A DNA stretch of 32,000 nucleotides from Candidatus Saccharimonadota bacterium (GCA_001897305.1 MKSO01000001.1:60001-92000), one strand, 5' to 3'; counted from the stretch's first letter, positions 1 through 8,713 are shown. Made by a program: numbers and translations. The notes: generated by a model not told the origin, from the letters alone.

Positions 1-1409
1 ACCTCCGTACGCGTTTTGCTGACACGGCAACCTTTATTAGTGACGAGTTTATGCGTCGCGTTGAAAAAGATGCCGACTGGTACTTGTTTGACCCAGCCGA
101 GGTTATGGACCTTACTGAACTATATGGTGACGAGTTTGCGAAGCGCTATAACGAATACGTAAAACTAGCCGAAGCCGGTAAAATTCGTCGCTTTGAAAAA
201 ACATCGGCTCGTCAACAGTTCCGCCAGATTCTTATTCAGCTTCAGGCTACTAGCCACCCATGGCTTACTTGGAAGGACACCATTAACGTCCGTGCGCTGA
301 ACAACAATACCGGTACTATCCACTTATCTAACCTTTGTACCGAGATTACGTTACCACAGGACAACGAGAACATCGCTGTCTGTAACCTTGTGAGTATCAA
401 CCTTTCAGCACACCTAAACGAGGATGGCACTTGGGACTGGAGGCGCCTGGAAGAAAGCTCAAGGAGCGCAATTCGCCAGCTCGACAACTTGGTAGATATT
501 ACTGAATTACCAGTACCACAGGCGATGAACGCTAATAAGCAAACCCGTGCTTTGGGCCTCGGTTTTATGGGCTTCACTGATGTTATCGAGAAACTTGGCT
601 ACAGCTACGAATCTGAAGAGGCGTATGCCTTGGTGGACCAACTGGCTGAATACATTAGTTACTATGCAATTGATGAGTCGGCTGAACTAGCAAAGAAGCT
701 CGGTACCTACCCAGCGTTTAAGGGTAGTGGGTGGAGTAAGGGTATTCTGCCAATTGACACCATTGACCAATTGGCTGAAAATCGTAAGGTAAAAGTGAAA
801 ATCGACCGCAAGCAGCGCCTCGATTGGGACAAACTTCGCACTAAGGTAAAGAAGGGTATGCGTAACGCGACACTTATGGCAATTGCACCAACCGCAAACA
901 TTGCCCACATTGCCGGTACTACTCCTGGTCTTGATCCTCAGTTCTCACAGATCTTTAGCCGTTCAACCTTGAATGGTAAGTTCCTTGAAGTGAACACGAA
1001 CCTTGTGAAGGACTTGAAGTCGCTTGGTATCTGGGACGAGGTTAAAGACGAGTTGCTTATTAACCAAGGTGATATCCAGGGTATCGAAGCAATTCCACAA
1101 CACCTAAAAGATGTCTACAAGACAAGTTTCCAGTTGTCGCCATACGCCTTCATTGAAGTTGCTGCCCGGGCGCAAAAGTGGGTTGACCAAGCCATTAGCC
1201 GTAATATGTACCTTGAAACTCGCGACATTGATGAGTACGAGAAAATTTACCTTGAAGCGTGGAAGCGCGGTCTCAAGACGACTTACTATCTGCACGTGAA
1301 GCCGCGTCACCAGTCCGAGCAAACGACCGTGAAGTCTAACAAGGCCGAAAAGATCCAACAACAAGATGGACGCAAGGTTGGCTTCGGTTTTTCAAGGATA
1401 GCTAAGTAA
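1..1409 (+). CDS. nrdA: Ribonucleotide reductase class I large (alpha) subunit, C-terminal ~469 codons; the 5' end lies upstream of the window
   Basis: Frame 3 is open from nt 3 with no stop before the listed ATG at 51, so the gene is cut by the window edge. It contains the active-site loop NLCTEITLP, PTANIAHIAGTTPGLDP and the C-terminal TTYYLH tyrosine pair typical of class I alpha subunits. An R2 gene follows in the same operon. Confidence 0.9.
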   Translation, partial: LRTRFADTATFISDEFMRRVEKDADWYLFDPAEVMDLTELYGDEFAKRYNEYVKLAEAGKIRRFEKTSARQQFRQILIQLQATSHPWLTWKDTINVRALNNNTGTIHLSNLCTEITLPQDNENIAVCNLVSINLSAHLNEDGTWDWRRLEESSRSAIRQLDNLVDITELPVPQAMNANKQTRALGLGFMGFTDVIEKLGYSYESEEAYALVDQLAEYISYYAIDESAELAKKLGTYPAFKGSGWSKGILPIDTIDQLAENRKVKVKIDRKQRLDWDKLRTKVKKGMRNATLMAIAPTANIAHIAGTTPGLDPQFSQIFSRSTLNGKFLEVNTNLVKDLKSLGIWDEVKDELLINQGDIQGIEAIPQHLKDVYKTSFQLSPYAFIEVAARAQKWVDQAISRNMYLETRDIDEYEKIYLEAWKRGLKTTYYLHVKPRHQSEQTTVKSNKAEKIQQQDGRKVGFGFSRIAK

Positions 1410-1430
1410 CGCAACTAAAGGAGGTGTGCG

Positions 1431-1706
1431 ATGGCAATAAAAACAAGCATCATACCGCATCAAACAAAAGAAGAGTTTGATGATAAGGATCGCGAAGAGA
1501 TCCATCGCATCATCTCTGAGTTGCGCCACGACTATTTAGAACGGCATACCGAAGCGCTGGCAGACTATAACAAGATAGCCAGAGAAGCGAACCGGAAGTT
1601 GCACGAAGTCGACCGGCTAGAAAAGCACCTAAAGCGAATCGATGACTTTTGTAAAGAAAATAATATCCCACTCGTAAGTGTGACACAGGAAGGAAATAAG
1701 GAGTAG
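1431..1706 (+). CDS. Hypothetical small charged, predicted coiled-coil protein (91 aa) between the RNR alpha and beta genes
   Basis: Strong SD AAAGGAGGTG at 1417-1426 sits 4 nt before the ATG. The stop lies 3 nt before the nrdB ATG. There are no Cys residues and I recognise no motif. The sequence is rich in E/K/R/H heptad-like stretches. Confidence 0.6.
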   Translation: MAIKTSIIPHQTKEEFDDKDREEIHRIISELRHDYLERHTEALADYNKIAREANRKLHEVDRLEKHLKRIDDFCKENNIPLVSVTQEGNKE

Positions 1707-1709
1707 ATC

Positions 1710-2732
1710 ATGACAAACACGACCAAACAAGCAGACGACGCAATTGACCACCCAACCGGTATTCTTGGACAAGGCTTACGAGACGGGTTGCAGCTTAAAC
1801 CAATCCGTTACCAGTGGGCATACGACCTGTACAACCAGGCCGTAGCCAACACTTGGTTTCCAAACGAAGTACAGCTCGTGCGCGACTTGGCTGACTTTGA
1901 AAAGCTTACCGACGACGAGAAGCACGCTCTAAAAACGGTTATTAGCTACCTTAACCCTAACGAGCTCCTTATTAATAAGTCACTCGCTTTTGGGATTTAC
2001 CCCTACATCAACGCCGCCGAGGCTCACATTTACCTCTCGAAGCAGATGTGGGAAGAAGCCAACCACTTCATGACGTTTGAATACATTATTGAAACGTTTC
2101 CATTCGACCGTGAAGAAATTTATGCCGCTGGCTTTGGAAAAAAATCACTGGCAGCAAAGGCAGAGTTCCAGAATCGCAACCTCTACCCGATGCTTGAGGG
2201 TAATGTAGATGTTACCACAACAGAAGGCAAGAAGGCCTTTGTACGTAGCTTGGTTGCTTACAATATCGTACTCGAAGGTATTTGGTTCTACAGTGGCTTT
2301 ATGGTGGGAATGAGCTTCCGCCAACGTAACCTGCTTCGTAATATTGGTTCGTTGCTTGACTGGATTACCCGTGATGAAAACCTTCACCTTACCTTCGGCA
2401 TCAACCTGTTATTGACGATTATGGATGAAAACCCAGACCTCCAAACGCCTGAGTTTGCTGAGGAAATCCGTAGCCTCATTCTTGAGGCCGTTGAGCTTGA
2501 AAAGGAATACAACCAAGACATGCTACCAAAGGGTATTCTTGGCCTTAATGCCGACTACGTGAACCAGTACGTTATGTACATGACCGACCGACGCCTTGAA
2601 GAGCTTGGCTTTGAGCCAGAATACAATGTATCGAACCCAGCAAAGTGGATGGCGGCTGCTAATGACACACTAGAACTAGTGAACTTCTTTGAAAGCACCA
2701 ATACTTCTTACGAAGTAAACGGCGGAAAGTAA
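1710..2732 (+). CDS. nrdB: Ribonucleotide reductase small (beta, R2) subunit with a class Ic-like ligand set
   Basis: Ferritin-like R2 motifs are present: MWEEANHFMTF, VLEGIWFYSGF, RDENLHLTFG and a C-terminal FFESTNTSYEV. SD TAAGGAG at 1697-1703. See the finding on Phe at the radical-Tyr position. Confidence 0.9.
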   Translation: MTNTTKQADDAIDHPTGILGQGLRDGLQLKPIRYQWAYDLYNQAVANTWFPNEVQLVRDLADFEKLTDDEKHALKTVISYLNPNELLINKSLAFGIYPYINAAEAHIYLSKQMWEEANHFMTFEYIIETFPFDREEIYAAGFGKKSLAAKAEFQNRNLYPMLEGNVDVTTTEGKKAFVRSLVAYNIVLEGIWFYSGFMVGMSFRQRNLLRNIGSLLDWITRDENLHLTFGINLLLTIMDENPDLQTPEFAEEIRSLILEAVELEKEYNQDMLPKGILGLNADYVNQYVMYMTDRRLEELGFEPEYNVSNPAKWMAAANDTLELVNFFESTNTSYEVNGGK

Positions 2733-2736
2733 TCTC

Positions 2737-3267
2737 ATGAGTGAGTTACCCTTGGTTTATATGAGCACCGAAAGCGACCTGAAGCATCGCGCAATCGCTG
2801 CAGTTATGAAAAGAGAGGGTATCGAAGTTGAAGTACAGGGCAAAAAGCTTGAGTCGGGCGTCCCCGAGCAACCATATTCACTCGAGGAAACGCTTGAGGG
2901 GGCAAAAAACCGTCAAGAAGCATTACGCCGACTTGGTGTAGCTGCAGATTTTCTTGTAACAGTTGAGAGCGGACTCCATCCTGTAGACGAAGGAGTGTTT
3001 GGATGTATTGCGGTTCTTATTGAGCGGCCCGGTGGACCCATGTATACGGGCTTATCGATTGACCTTAAGTATCCTCAGGAGGTACTAGATGCTGTCCCTT
3101 CGCGCTATCCTGACGTTGGTACGTGGGCGATGGAGGCAAAGGGAGCGAAAGAAAAAGATCCGTACTCTATTTTTACGGGTGGTCGTAGGACTCGTCAGGA
3201 TACTATTGAAGATGCCGCCAGGAACGCACTTATTAGTCTGCTTGTTGCAGAGGAAGGGGATAGGTAG
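2737..3267 (+). CDS. Putative non-canonical purine NTP phosphatase (YjjX/DUF84-like inosine/xanthosine triphosphatase)
   Basis: Family-like pattern: an N-terminal strand plus S-x-x-x-x-K-x-x-A (MSTESDLKHRAIAAV), SGVPEQPYSLEETLEGAKNRQEAL (compare SGV..QP...ET..GA.NRA) and a C-terminal GGRRTRQDTIEDAARNAL. It starts 4 nt after the nrdB stop. Confidence 0.6.
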   Translation: MSELPLVYMSTESDLKHRAIAAVMKREGIEVEVQGKKLESGVPEQPYSLEETLEGAKNRQEALRRLGVAADFLVTVESGLHPVDEGVFGCIAVLIERPGGPMYTGLSIDLKYPQEVLDAVPSRYPDVGTWAMEAKGAKEKDPYSIFTGGRRTRQDTIEDAARNALISLLVAEEGDR

Positions 3268-3269
3268 CT

Positions 3270-3668
3270 ATGGAAGAAATCAAAGCAATTCTGTCAGATA
3301 ATCTTATTGGGACACTAGCAACTCTGAACGAAGATGGTTCGCCCTGGGCGACACCACTTCATGTGTTTGCGGACGACGAAGCGCTGTACTGGTTCTCAAA
3401 AGATACGCACCAGCATTCGCTTAATATCGAACGTGACCCGCGCGTTGCAGTGACGGTTTGGTCACAATCCGGTGCAACACGGGGTGCTTATGTTACCGGT
3501 AGTGCTACAAAACTTTCAGCCGAAGAAACACCCGCCGTATTGGATATTGTGGTGTCTGCAGTAGGTAAAATACCGCCTGTGTTTGAAAATACATCAGCGT
3601 ATAGGCTGCCAATTGGGCAAATTAACAGTAGTAAATCGTCAGAAAACCGTTGGTATTTTTACACCTAA
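3270..3668 (+). CDS. Pyridoxamine 5'-phosphate oxidase-like FMN-binding split-barrel family protein
   Basis: N-terminal pattern IGTLATLNEDGSPWATPLHVFADDEALYWFSKDTHQHSLNIERDPRVAVTVW is typical of the PNPOx-like / general stress protein 26 fold. It starts 2 nt after the previous stop. Confidence 0.6.
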   Translation: MEEIKAILSDNLIGTLATLNEDGSPWATPLHVFADDEALYWFSKDTHQHSLNIERDPRVAVTVWSQSGATRGAYVTGSATKLSAEETPAVLDIVVSAVGKIPPVFENTSAYRLPIGQINSSKSSENRWYFYT

Positions 3669-3675
3669 AAATCTA

Positions 3676-3703
3676 TAGACATGCGCTATATGTGGCGTAT
3701 AAT
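3676..3703 (+). promoter_or_regulatory. Sigma-70-type promoter candidate for the 62-aa peptide gene
   Basis: TAGACA (3676-3681), a 16-nt spacer, then TATAAT (3698-3703). It sits in the AT-rich gap after the PNPOx-like gene. Confidence 0.4.
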
Positions 3704-3762
3704 AATTAAACATAAGCACTACGGTGCGGGCAAAAAAGTAAGAAAATAGGGGATCAACAAAC

Positions 3763-3951
3763 ATGAACGCAAGTGCAATCATCAACGAAGAAATGAGCCT
3801 AGACGAGAAGTTAGCTGCTATTGACGCTGCTATGGCTTCAGCTATGGCATCTGCTAACTCTGATGACAAGCAAAAATCAACAACCACTGGTCTTGCTGCG
3901 GCAGCTCCGGTTGACCCAGCCGACATGTTTATGTGCGTTGGCTGCCAATAA
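3763..3951 (+). CDS. Stand-alone small protein or peptide (62 aa), Ala-rich with a C-terminal CVGCQ
   Basis: The ORF is bracketed by its own promoter candidate and a strong intrinsic terminator. A GGGGA SD-like element lies 9 nt upstream of the ATG. I recognise no family. Confidence 0.5.
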   Translation: MNASAIINEEMSLDEKLAAIDAAMASAMASANSDDKQKSTTTGLAAAAPVDPADMFMCVGCQ

Positions 3952-3976
3952 TCCCTATTACTTGCAACAGGGAGGG

Positions 3977-4008
3977 ACACCGCTTCGAAAGAGGCGGTGT
4001 TGTGTTTT
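3977..4008 (+). terminator. Rho-independent terminator
   Basis: ACACCGCTTC (3977-3986), GAAA tetraloop, GAGGCGGTGT (3991-4000). This gives 10 bp with one G-U pair, followed by TGTGTTTT. Confidence 0.7.
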
Positions 4009-4061
4009 AATAGAAAGAGCACACAGGAATGTAGAAAAGTGCTATACTTAATATAGTAATT

Positions 4062-5246
4062 ATGAAGACACAACTGGTTATATTCGGAATCACAGGGGAC
4101 TTAGCGGGGCGAAAGCTACTGCCGGCACTCGATAGCATTATAAAGACTGGCAATTATGACGACCTCTCTATTATTGGCGTATCTCGTCGCGAAGTGAGTG
4201 TTAATGACATTGTTGGTGAATATCCGACCCTTACTCCGCGAACTGACCTTTTCACAATGAACCTTGCCGATGCAGGTGATTATACAAAGCTAAAAGCATT
4301 CTTAGAAGCGCAAGAAACAGATCAGACATTATTTTATTTATCGGTTCCTCCTGGGGCAGCGGCCGATATTGTTGATTTTCTGGGTGAAGCAGGTCTTAAT
4401 TCTGCACGCTATAAAGTATTGTTTGAAAAGCCTTTTGGTTACGATCTAGCATCAGCTGAGGAATTTATCGCTCGTACAGGCCGCTATTTTGCCGAAGATC
4501 AAATTTACCGCATCGATCACTACATGGCAAAAGAAATCGCCGCAGAAGTGCTGCGAGTGCGTCGTGACGCCGAAAACCATCACCATACGTGGGGAAATAA
4601 CTCAATCAAACGTGTTAGTGTTGTAGCGACCGAAAAAATTGGTATTGAAGGACGGGCTGAGTTCTACCAGCAAACAGGCGCCTTGCGTGACTTTGTGCAG
4701 GGGCATTTAATGCAGTTATTATCACTGGTACTTATTGATAAACCTGGTACTCGGAGCTTACCAGAGGAGCGTTTGGCCGCCCTAGAGCTTATACAGCCCG
4801 CGGATCCTCGTAAGGCAATTCGTGCTCAGTATGAAGGTTACAGTAATGAAGTGGGGCAACCCAATACCACGGTTGAAACATTTGTCGGCCTAGAACTCGA
4901 AAGTCGTGACCCGTCATGGCAAGGTGTTACATTACAGCTTGTGACGGGTAAGTCGCTTAGTGAAAAACGCTCGTATATTGAAATAGAGTATTTAGATGGC
5001 ATGAAAGACGTGTTTGAAGAGGGAAAAATAGTACTCGAGAATGGCCGAACACTTGATGCCTACGAACGCTTATTACTCGCCGCAATTGCCAGTGAAAAAG
5101 ATATCTTCACTACCAGCAGCGAGGTATTACGGTCTTGGCAGATCGTTGCACCGGTTCAAAAGGCCTGGTCGATGGATGACTCGATAGACCTTTACCGACC
5201 CGGTTCTCGAATAACACTCAAGAACTCCATTGAGATAGATGCTTGA
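4062..5246 (+). CDS. zwf: Glucose-6-phosphate 1-dehydrogenase, compact 394-aa form
   Basis: N-terminal dinucleotide motif LVIFGITGDLAGRKLLPAL, EKPFG, the signature RIDHYMAKE (canonical RIDHYLGKE), and GALRDFVQGHLMQLL (canonical GALRDM.QNH..Q). Confidence 0.8.
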   Translation: MKTQLVIFGITGDLAGRKLLPALDSIIKTGNYDDLSIIGVSRREVSVNDIVGEYPTLTPRTDLFTMNLADAGDYTKLKAFLEAQETDQTLFYLSVPPGAAADIVDFLGEAGLNSARYKVLFEKPFGYDLASAEEFIARTGRYFAEDQIYRIDHYMAKEIAAEVLRVRRDAENHHHTWGNNSIKRVSVVATEKIGIEGRAEFYQQTGALRDFVQGHLMQLLSLVLIDKPGTRSLPEERLAALELIQPADPRKAIRAQYEGYSNEVGQPNTTVETFVGLELESRDPSWQGVTLQLVTGKSLSEKRSYIEIEYLDGMKDVFEEGKIVLENGRTLDAYERLLLAAIASEKDIFTTSSEVLRSWQIVAPVQKAWSMDDSIDLYRPGSRITLKNSIEIDA

Positions 5247-5366
5247 TGTTTCAAATCAGGCCATAGAGCGCTACATTTAGCGTAGTGCAAATACTACAAC
5301 ACCATACCTATAGCGCCTGTTTGCGCAATAATGCTACAATGAAATCCCATGGAGGTGACGACTAAC

Positions 5367-6947
5367 ATGGGGAATAAACAAAAATTTATCTTTGTAACTG
5401 GAGGGGTGCTTTCCGGGGTAGGTAAAGGCATTACTGCTGCAAGTATTGGTGCTGTTTTGCAGGCCAAGGGGGCAACTGTCTCTATTCAAAAGTGCGACCC
5501 GTATCTTAATGTAGATGCGGGTCTTTTGAACCCTCGCGAACACGGTGAGTGTTTTGTAACTAAGGATGGCGCCGAAACTGACCTCGACCTTGGTCACTAC
5601 GAGCGATTTCTTGATATTGAATTAACCCAAAAGAACGCTACGTTGTCTGGGCGTCTATTAAGCAACCTCATTGCTGATGAGCGTGCTGGCAAGTTTAACG
5701 GCCAAACGGTGCAGTTGGTGCCCCATTTAACGGGTGCTATTAAAGATGCGATCGCTCTTGCTGCCGATGGCTCTGATATTCATATTGTTGAAGTTGGGGG
5801 CACGGTAGGTGATTATGAAGGGCTCAGTTTTGTTGAGGCAATACGTGACTTCGCTAGTCGGGTTGGTCGCGAAAACTGTCTGTATGTGCATGTGGTATAC
5901 GTACCGTTCATTCAAACTAGCAAAGAGTTTAAATCGAAGCCTGCCCAGAATGCTTTGAATGATTTACGTGGCTTTGGCATTATGCCGGATTGTGTAGTAG
6001 TGCGCACTGATGACCCGGCGCCAGGTGATATTGCTGCTAAAATCGCACGATTTAGCGGTGTGCCAGAGGACGCTGTTATTCTACTTTCCAATGCTCACAC
6101 AGTGTACGAGGTCCCTCTCACTGTGTATGCAAGTGGAATCGGCGCGGTACTTGAACGCTTTACGGGCAACGCATCAAAGCCAGATCTAAGCAAATGGCGC
6201 ACCTTGGCTGAAGCCCAAGAAACCCGCTTCCCAAAGACGGTTAAAGTGGGTATGGTGGCCAAATATTTAGACAATGAAGATACGTATATCTCGGTAATTG
6301 AAGCTCTTAAAGCGGCCGCTTGGCACGAGCAGGTTAATCTCGATTTAAAGTGGGTGAGCGCCGAAGATACCACTGATTCTGAATTAGGCGAACTTGATGC
6401 CGTGTTAGTACCGGGGGGCTTTGGCAAGCGCGGTATTGAAGGCAAAATTGCCGCTGCACAGTATGCACTTGATCATAAAAAGCCGTATCTTGGACTGTGT
6501 CTGGGCCTGCAAGTGTCAGTAATTGCTGCAGCTCGCCGAGCTGGGCTTAGCGATGCTAATAGTACTGAGTTTGACCCATCTACCAAGCATGATGTTGTTT
6601 ACATTATGGAAGGCCAAGCAGGCAAAGAATCAACTGGTGGTACGCTTCGTCTTGGAGATTATGTTGCCAACTTAACCAAAGGTTCCAAAGTGGCAGAAGC
6701 GTATGGTGCAACCGAAACGGTCGAACGTCACCGTCACCGCTACGAGGTAAACCAGAAGTTTACCAAAGCAATTGAAGCGGGTGGTTTGACTATTTCCGGT
6801 ACATCGCCAGACGGTAAATTGGTTGAGTATATTGAAGCCTCTAGCCACCCGTATTTCGTAGCTACCCAAGCCCATCCAGAGTTTAAGAGCCGGCCAAACC
6901 GTCCGCACCCGTTGTTTGTAGGGCTTATTAAAGCTGCCAAGAAGTAG
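5367..6947 (+). CDS. pyrG: CTP synthase
   Basis: KFIFVTGGVLSGVGKGITAASIG near the N-terminus. The C-terminal glutamine amidotransferase domain shows GLCLGLQ and the ending AHPEF. I prefer ATG 5367, which has GGAGGTGA at 5351-5358 8 nt upstream and gives a canonical N-terminal length. ATG 5349 lies 8 nt after a TGcTACAAT box and is an alternative leaderless start. Confidence 0.9.
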   Translation: MGNKQKFIFVTGGVLSGVGKGITAASIGAVLQAKGATVSIQKCDPYLNVDAGLLNPREHGECFVTKDGAETDLDLGHYERFLDIELTQKNATLSGRLLSNLIADERAGKFNGQTVQLVPHLTGAIKDAIALAADGSDIHIVEVGGTVGDYEGLSFVEAIRDFASRVGRENCLYVHVVYVPFIQTSKEFKSKPAQNALNDLRGFGIMPDCVVVRTDDPAPGDIAAKIARFSGVPEDAVILLSNAHTVYEVPLTVYASGIGAVLERFTGNASKPDLSKWRTLAEAQETRFPKTVKVGMVAKYLDNEDTYISVIEALKAAAWHEQVNLDLKWVSAEDTTDSELGELDAVLVPGGFGKRGIEGKIAAAQYALDHKKPYLGLCLGLQVSVIAAARRAGLSDANSTEFDPSTKHDVVYIMEGQAGKESTGGTLRLGDYVANLTKGSKVAEAYGATETVERHRHRYEVNQKFTKAIEAGGLTISGTSPDGKLVEYIEASSHPYFVATQAHPEFKSRPNRPHPLFVGLIKAAKK

Positions 6948-6979
6948 AAATACGCCCAAAACGGTGTATACTAACAGAG

Positions 6980-8665
6980 ATGGAACAACAACTTAGTCGT
7001 ATTATTGATGAGCTGTACAACCTTGAAGTGCAGCCGCAGGTATCACGCCCTGCAGCGGAATTTGGTGATTACGCAACTAATATTGCTTTGCAACTTGCAA
7101 AGCAGGTTGGTAAAAATCCGCGTGAGATCGCTGAAGAGATTGCTGCAAAATTGCGCGAAACTGGCGCTTTTTCAGAGGTGACCATTGCTGGCCCGGGCTT
7201 TATTAATGTCCGTGTTTCCGGCTCGTCTTTAGCCAGGGAGCTTCAAGCAGAATGGAGTGATGCGTATGGCACGAACCAGGATGGCGCTGGCAAGACGGTT
7301 GTTGTAGAATACCCAAGCCCTAATATGGCTAAGCCGTACAGTGTAGGACATCTACGTACTGGTAACCAGGGCTGGGCGGTGAAGCAGCTCATGGAGGCGA
7401 CCGGCTGGACGGTTATTACTGATAATCACTTAGGTGATTATGGTGCGCCACTAGGGATGTGGATAGCAGGCTTTTTGAACTTTGGCAGCGAAGAGGCTCT
7501 AAATAAAGATGGTGTGTATGAACTGGGTCGCGTCTACATTGCTATGCGAAAGGCTTTAAAAGAGGAGGCTGAGCGCGGCGAAACAACTCTTGCTGATCAA
7601 GTCCAAGGTTGGCTTCTTAAATACGAAAATGGTGACGCTGAGGCAAAAGCCTATAGCGATCGCTTTAATGAAATCTCGCTCAAGCACATTCACGATGTCA
7701 TGAACCGCATGCACATCTCAACAAACTACGAGCTGGGTGAGGCATTCTTTGCACCCAAAGGTAAAGAAGCGGTTAAAAAACTGCTAGAAACGGGCGTAGC
7801 GGTTCAAAACGAGGACGGCTCTGTGATTGTGCCACTTGATGACTATGGTTTTGATGTACCGCTTTTGGTGCAAAAGAGTAATGGTGCGGCTTTATACGCG
7901 ACTACCGACCTTGCGACTATTCTTTATCGCGAAGAGCACTGGCACCCAGATAGAGTTATTTATGCGGTTGGTGCCGAGCAACAGTTTTACTTTTCGCAGC
8001 TATTTGCCATGGCAAAAAAGCTCGGTATTACCACTGAACTAATCCACCTTTGGTTTGGTTTTATTGACCAACTTAACGAAGATGGTACCCGTGAGAAAAT
8101 GAGCAGCCGTAAGGGTGTGGTACTTATGGAAGAACTGCTCGACCAGGCAGAAGAGAAGGCTCGCGCTGTGATAAAGGGCCGCGATGTCTCTGAAGAAGAT
8201 ATTAAAAAAATCGCCCTTGGTGCTATTAAATTCAGCGATTTCGTCGCCGACCGCCGTACAAATATTTTATTCAACTGGGATACTATTTTTGCATTAACAG
8301 GGGTGAGTGGTCCGTATGTGCAGTATGCTGCTGTGCGTGTAAATAAATTGCTGCGCGACCATGGCTACGGCATGCCGTATGTTGGCACGTATGATTATGC
8401 CAGCGAAAAAGACGTACTCGCTAAACTCCTCGAATACCCAGAAGTAGTCCGACGCGCCGCTAATGAGCTTGAACCCCACAAAGTCGCTAATTATTTGTAT
8501 GAATTAGCTCGTGAACTCAACCGTTACTACGAAGCCACACCAATCGCTACGGCTGAATTAGTAGAAGAAATTCGCCATGCCCGCCTTGGGGTATTGGCTA
8601 AGGCGGCGCATGTCTTTACGCACGGCCTTGGGCTACTTGGCATTGAAGTGCCGAGCCAAATGTAG
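6980..8665 (+). CDS. argS: Arginine--tRNA ligase
   Basis: Class I HIGH-type region PNMAKPYSVGHLR, KMSSRKG (the KMSKS equivalent), a DALR-type anticodon-binding C-terminal domain and the typical C-terminal Met. Confidence 0.9.
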   Translation: MEQQLSRIIDELYNLEVQPQVSRPAAEFGDYATNIALQLAKQVGKNPREIAEEIAAKLRETGAFSEVTIAGPGFINVRVSGSSLARELQAEWSDAYGTNQDGAGKTVVVEYPSPNMAKPYSVGHLRTGNQGWAVKQLMEATGWTVITDNHLGDYGAPLGMWIAGFLNFGSEEALNKDGVYELGRVYIAMRKALKEEAERGETTLADQVQGWLLKYENGDAEAKAYSDRFNEISLKHIHDVMNRMHISTNYELGEAFFAPKGKEAVKKLLETGVAVQNEDGSVIVPLDDYGFDVPLLVQKSNGAALYATTDLATILYREEHWHPDRVIYAVGAEQQFYFSQLFAMAKKLGITTELIHLWFGFIDQLNEDGTREKMSSRKGVVLMEELLDQAEEKARAVIKGRDVSEEDIKKIALGAIKFSDFVADRRTNILFNWDTIFALTGVSGPYVQYAAVRVNKLLRDHGYGMPYVGTYDYASEKDVLAKLLEYPEVVRRAANELEPHKVANYLYELARELNRYYEATPIATAELVEEIRHARLGVLAKAAHVFTHGLGLLGIEVPSQM

Positions 8666-8713
8666 CCCAAAGGGTTGCGGTTTCTTGTAAGGTAGGTGTA
8701 TACTAACCGCATT

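Noticed and set aside
3763-3951. The idea that the 62-aa peptide is a Pup/UBact-like protein modifier (similar length, C-terminal Gln)
   Set aside because: Pup ends in GGQ/GGE and has a recognisable helical PafA/Mpa-binding region. This peptide ends in CVGCQ and shows no similarity that I can see. No dop, pafA or proteasome genes are in the window.
3639-4073. A 144-aa minus-strand ORF covering the small-peptide locus
   Set aside because: It runs antisense across a promoter, a complete small gene and its terminator. It has no SD and gives a low-complexity translation that mirrors the Ala-rich plus-strand codons. It is most likely a shadow ORF.
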